DNA of 64,000 bases from the human T2T-CHM13v2.0 reference genome, Homo sapiens. A model generated the notes under the pieces. That model saw nothing but the letters and a program-made list of their open reading frames with translations. It made no database searches and had not been told where the DNA came from. This document shows positions 59,660-64,000 of the stretch, piece after piece; within the stretch, counting starts at the first letter, position 1, and each line of letters opens with the position of its first letter. Position numbers and translations under genes: made by a program. The stretch lies in the NCBI RefSeq assembly GCF_009914755.1, contig NC_060928.1, one strand, 5' to 3'.

Positions 59660-60050
59660 GTGTTTGCCATTTATTGCTGCCTCACAAGCCATTCCCAAGA
59701 TGTACTAGCTTAAAGCAGCAATTTATTATAATTTCCCACATCTTCATGGGTTTATTGGTCTCAGCTGGGCAGCTTTCACTCGGGATTGTTCACGCAGATG
59801 CAGCCAGAAAGTGAATAGGTCTGCGGTCATCTGAATGCTTGACTGGGTTGGATGTCCAGGATGGTTTCTTCCTTGCACGTACGGCACCTCAGCTAGCATG
59901 CCTCGAACTGCTGAGAACTTGCATAATTTTGCCACATTTTATTATCAAAGTAATCACAGGCAGCTCAGATTCAGCTGGGAGAGGGGATGGGAGGAAGAGT
60001 TGAAGACTAAATGGGAGTGGGGTAGAATCTGCAGCCATGTTTAGTCTGAC
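59660..60050 (-). mobile_element. Old MLT1-type LTR
   Basis: gcttaaagcagcaatttatt...ctcagctgggcag...caaagtaatcacaggcagctcagattca. Confidence 0.6.
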
Positions 60051-60221
60051 ACAAGCTGATCTATTTTAAAATTGAAATTTCCACCCAAATGACTGCTTTC
60101 TTTTTTTCCATAACACTTATCACCATGCAATGTACTGTTTATCTTACTATTGACTTTTTTTTTTTTTTTGAATCTCTTCACTAAACTATGAAAGCTACGA
60201 GGTCAAGAATTTGTATTTTCT

Positions 60222-60581
<360 letters not shown>

Positions 60582-62705
60582 TTAATATTTGTTGAATAAA
60601 TAATCCAGTTGAAAAATATGTCTCAACAACCAACTAAGACAGATCCAAAAGTGGTCATTAGCTTCAAACCCTCCACCATGTCCAGCTTGCAGAGAAATAT
60701 CAGAATCATGATAATTTTCTACTTTGGGATTAAGAATGAGAAATATGGGCAATGAATGGTTAGCTACCACACAATTTTGTGTTTTCCTCCTATAACTCTT
60801 TAAAAAAGTGAGCCTATTTTTCTTTCTGAGTAACTGGTAAAGAGTGTTTATGTAGGTTTGCTGGAGAGGTAATTCAAAAGTCTTCCTGTATTATACTATA
60901 ATCTTAAATTTGTAGAAGAAGAAACTGTTGTTGTGCACATCATACAATAGAATGCAACAAAGTAACTGGCAAACTTGGACTTGTATTGAATGTATTCATC
61001 TCTAAACTTCTGTTTTGTTAATGACACAATGTTGAAGATTATCAGTATGACTCTCCACCAAACTCAAAATAAAAACACAAACACACAAAACAACAACAGA
61101 GAAAGAGTTACAGAAGACCCTGAGACCTTCAGAACTATTAAATTCCAAACAGGGCAAGCTGAAGACATTGCCAATAAATGTAAAAATAATCAGCCTGTTA
61201 AGCAAACTAATTCAGGAAAAGAAGATAGTGTTTTTCTTAAAGGAATTTATGATCACAAGTTATTTACTAGTATTTAATAAAATTTTCCATGATTTTGAAA
61301 ATAATTTGTTAAGTATTGCTCCAAAATAATGCAATTCCTGGGATATGTGTCTCATGGAAACAGATTTGTCTATATTTTATCTTATCTCACACAACATCAA
61401 TTCAGCAACTGAAGGAATTATTTCAAAGTATGACCTGGAGTATGTCAGCCTCCTGCTTAAGATCTTTCCTCAACTTTCCTTTACATTAACTTACCATTAT
61501 ACTTTCCACACACTCCTTCTACTCTAGGATGCTGTGTGTGATCTCGCCAGCATCATTTCCCACTGCGGCCCACTTGGCTCACTGCACACCAGCTACATTG
61601 GCCACCTTTCAATTCGTTGCAAACCAGCCTTTACGCTCTTCCTGTTTCCTCTGCCTTGATGATCTGATGCTCTTCCCATGCTAGGCTCCTTCCTGCTTAC
61701 AGCTTAAATATCTCTTCCTTAGAGAGAATCCCTTTACTGTCCATGAAAGAGAACACTACTTATTTTCAATATTTAACAATGACTAGTGAAAATCTGGTAT
61801 TCATTGGTGGTCATGTAGAATTCTCTTGATCATAATATCCATTCAATTCCATAATTTAATCATAGAAGCTTATTTTTTAATTATGCATTTTTCTGCCTAA
61901 TCTCATCACTCACAGTGACGAGACTTCACAGATTGCCAAAATTTTTGCTGCAGTTGGAATTTTATAACATTGTATGGTAGCACTGGTATAAAATGCTATT
62001 TCCACATATAGACATAGACATGAGTAATAAAAGATAAACAGTCATTACTTAAGATTGATTCTTCTTAGATAGACAACTTTTTAAAGACAATTAAAGAAGA
62101 GAGGACCAGTTGATAAGATTGGTCCTCTAGGAAAAAGTTGGAATATGCTGCATTAGACAAAAATATCTCAAACTTATGAGAATTACACAATTTAGTCTTC
62201 ATGTTTTGTTCTTGGTTAATATGATAAAGAATGTATTATAATTTTTCTAATGTCTTGTGGATATCATGGAAAAGCTGTTATAATTGCCAAGAGTTTTCAG
62301 CATAAATAAGGCATTTTCTGTTGCTAAATAAGTATTATGTGTTATTTAGTGAAGCAACATGGCATATGAAGTCACTTTTTAACTTTAAACAGTATATAAA
62401 ATTTTGTAAAATTGCACCAATTCAGTATAGCATAAATGTGCCCTCACGACCACAGCAATTTTAAGATGCTTTCATTATTATGGTTATTGAGAAATTTTCT
62501 TAAAACAAAAATAACAGCTGCAAAAATGGCAATAGCTTATGTTACGCCAGATATTCTGTAGATTTGTTTTTATAAAATTAGTGTTTATATGTATCTTTGC
62601 TTTTTATAATGAAATGAATTGATCTGGCTTTTAATGAGAACAGAATCCCCTACACAAGAATTAACTAATCAAAAATATTTTCATTTATATTTTACTATAT
62701 TGTTA

Positions 62706-63080
<375 letters not shown>

Positions 63081-63636
63081 TTACTACAATTAAATTGGTG
63101 AATGCTTAAACCATATGACACACACACATAAACCAGGAATGTATGAAACAGGTTTGTTCAAAGCACCAGTGTAAAAAGGCAAAGATGGGATCATCTACCA
63201 GCACACTCCACTACACGATTAAATACAAATCATTTTAACAGAATTGGAGCATACTTAAAATACAGTTGAGACATTTGAAGCCATTCTTAAAAATAAAAAT
63301 ATAACTTTAAAACCAAGTGACTAAAGTAACTATAAAATAAATACTGATTATGAATTCAAGTTGTGAAAGAAAAATTAGAAATTAAAAAATTCAAATTCTC
63401 TTTAAAAAGAGAACATGAATTACTTATAGACAGTTTCTTTAATTTAGTTCATAGAAACTCACTAAGACATTTGCAGATACAACCATCTTACTAAAAACAT
63501 AATGATAGATTTTTAATGCAATCTGGCTTTTTAGAATTTATATATTTATTCCAAATTTAAAAAAACATTTTTTAAGAAGCACATATTTTTAAAATTCTAT
63601 CTCATAGTTACTACAACATACCGAAATTGGGTATAA

Positions 63637-63873
<237 letters not shown>

Positions 63874-64000
63874 TATAACACAAAATTTTAAGCCATATTC
63901 TCAAATATTTCCTACATCAAAATGTTATTTCAAAATATGTATGGACTAGAGAACAAAACAAATTCTCTCCTGATAATCACAGTATGCCGTTTTGTATCAT

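Noticed and set aside
62100-62128. 9-bp stem hairpin agaggacca...tggtcctct
   Set aside because: Short enough to arise by chance in 64 kb; no ncRNA features.

Overview
AT-rich, repeat-dense primate (very likely human) genomic DNA lying entirely inside the GPM6A gene (neuronal membrane glycoprotein M6-a, PLP/DM20 proteolipid family), which is transcribed on the minus strand. Two coding exons are present: 46208-46016 (193 nt) and 18263-18107 (157 nt). Both have canonical AG/GT boundaries and join in frame. Everything else is intron, filled with about 24 Alus, old L1M/L2/MIR pieces, MaLR elements (two MST proviruses, a THE1 solo LTR, several MLT1), MER41 and MER61-type ERV1 LTRs, DNA transposon relics and simple repeats. 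None of the listed six-frame ORFs looks like a real gene. The most unusual stretch is about 15.73-16.70 kb: a non-repeat, roughly 60% GC, CpG-retaining block bracketed by poly(dA) tracts. On the GPM6A strand it contains a GC box, an ATG, a donor, a branch point + U30 + acceptor and a second donor, which together make an open 56-codon frame in phase with the next GPM6A exon. This is a hypothesis of an internal promoter or cryptic exon module, not an established feature. Repeat subfamily calls and boundaries are by eye and approximate.
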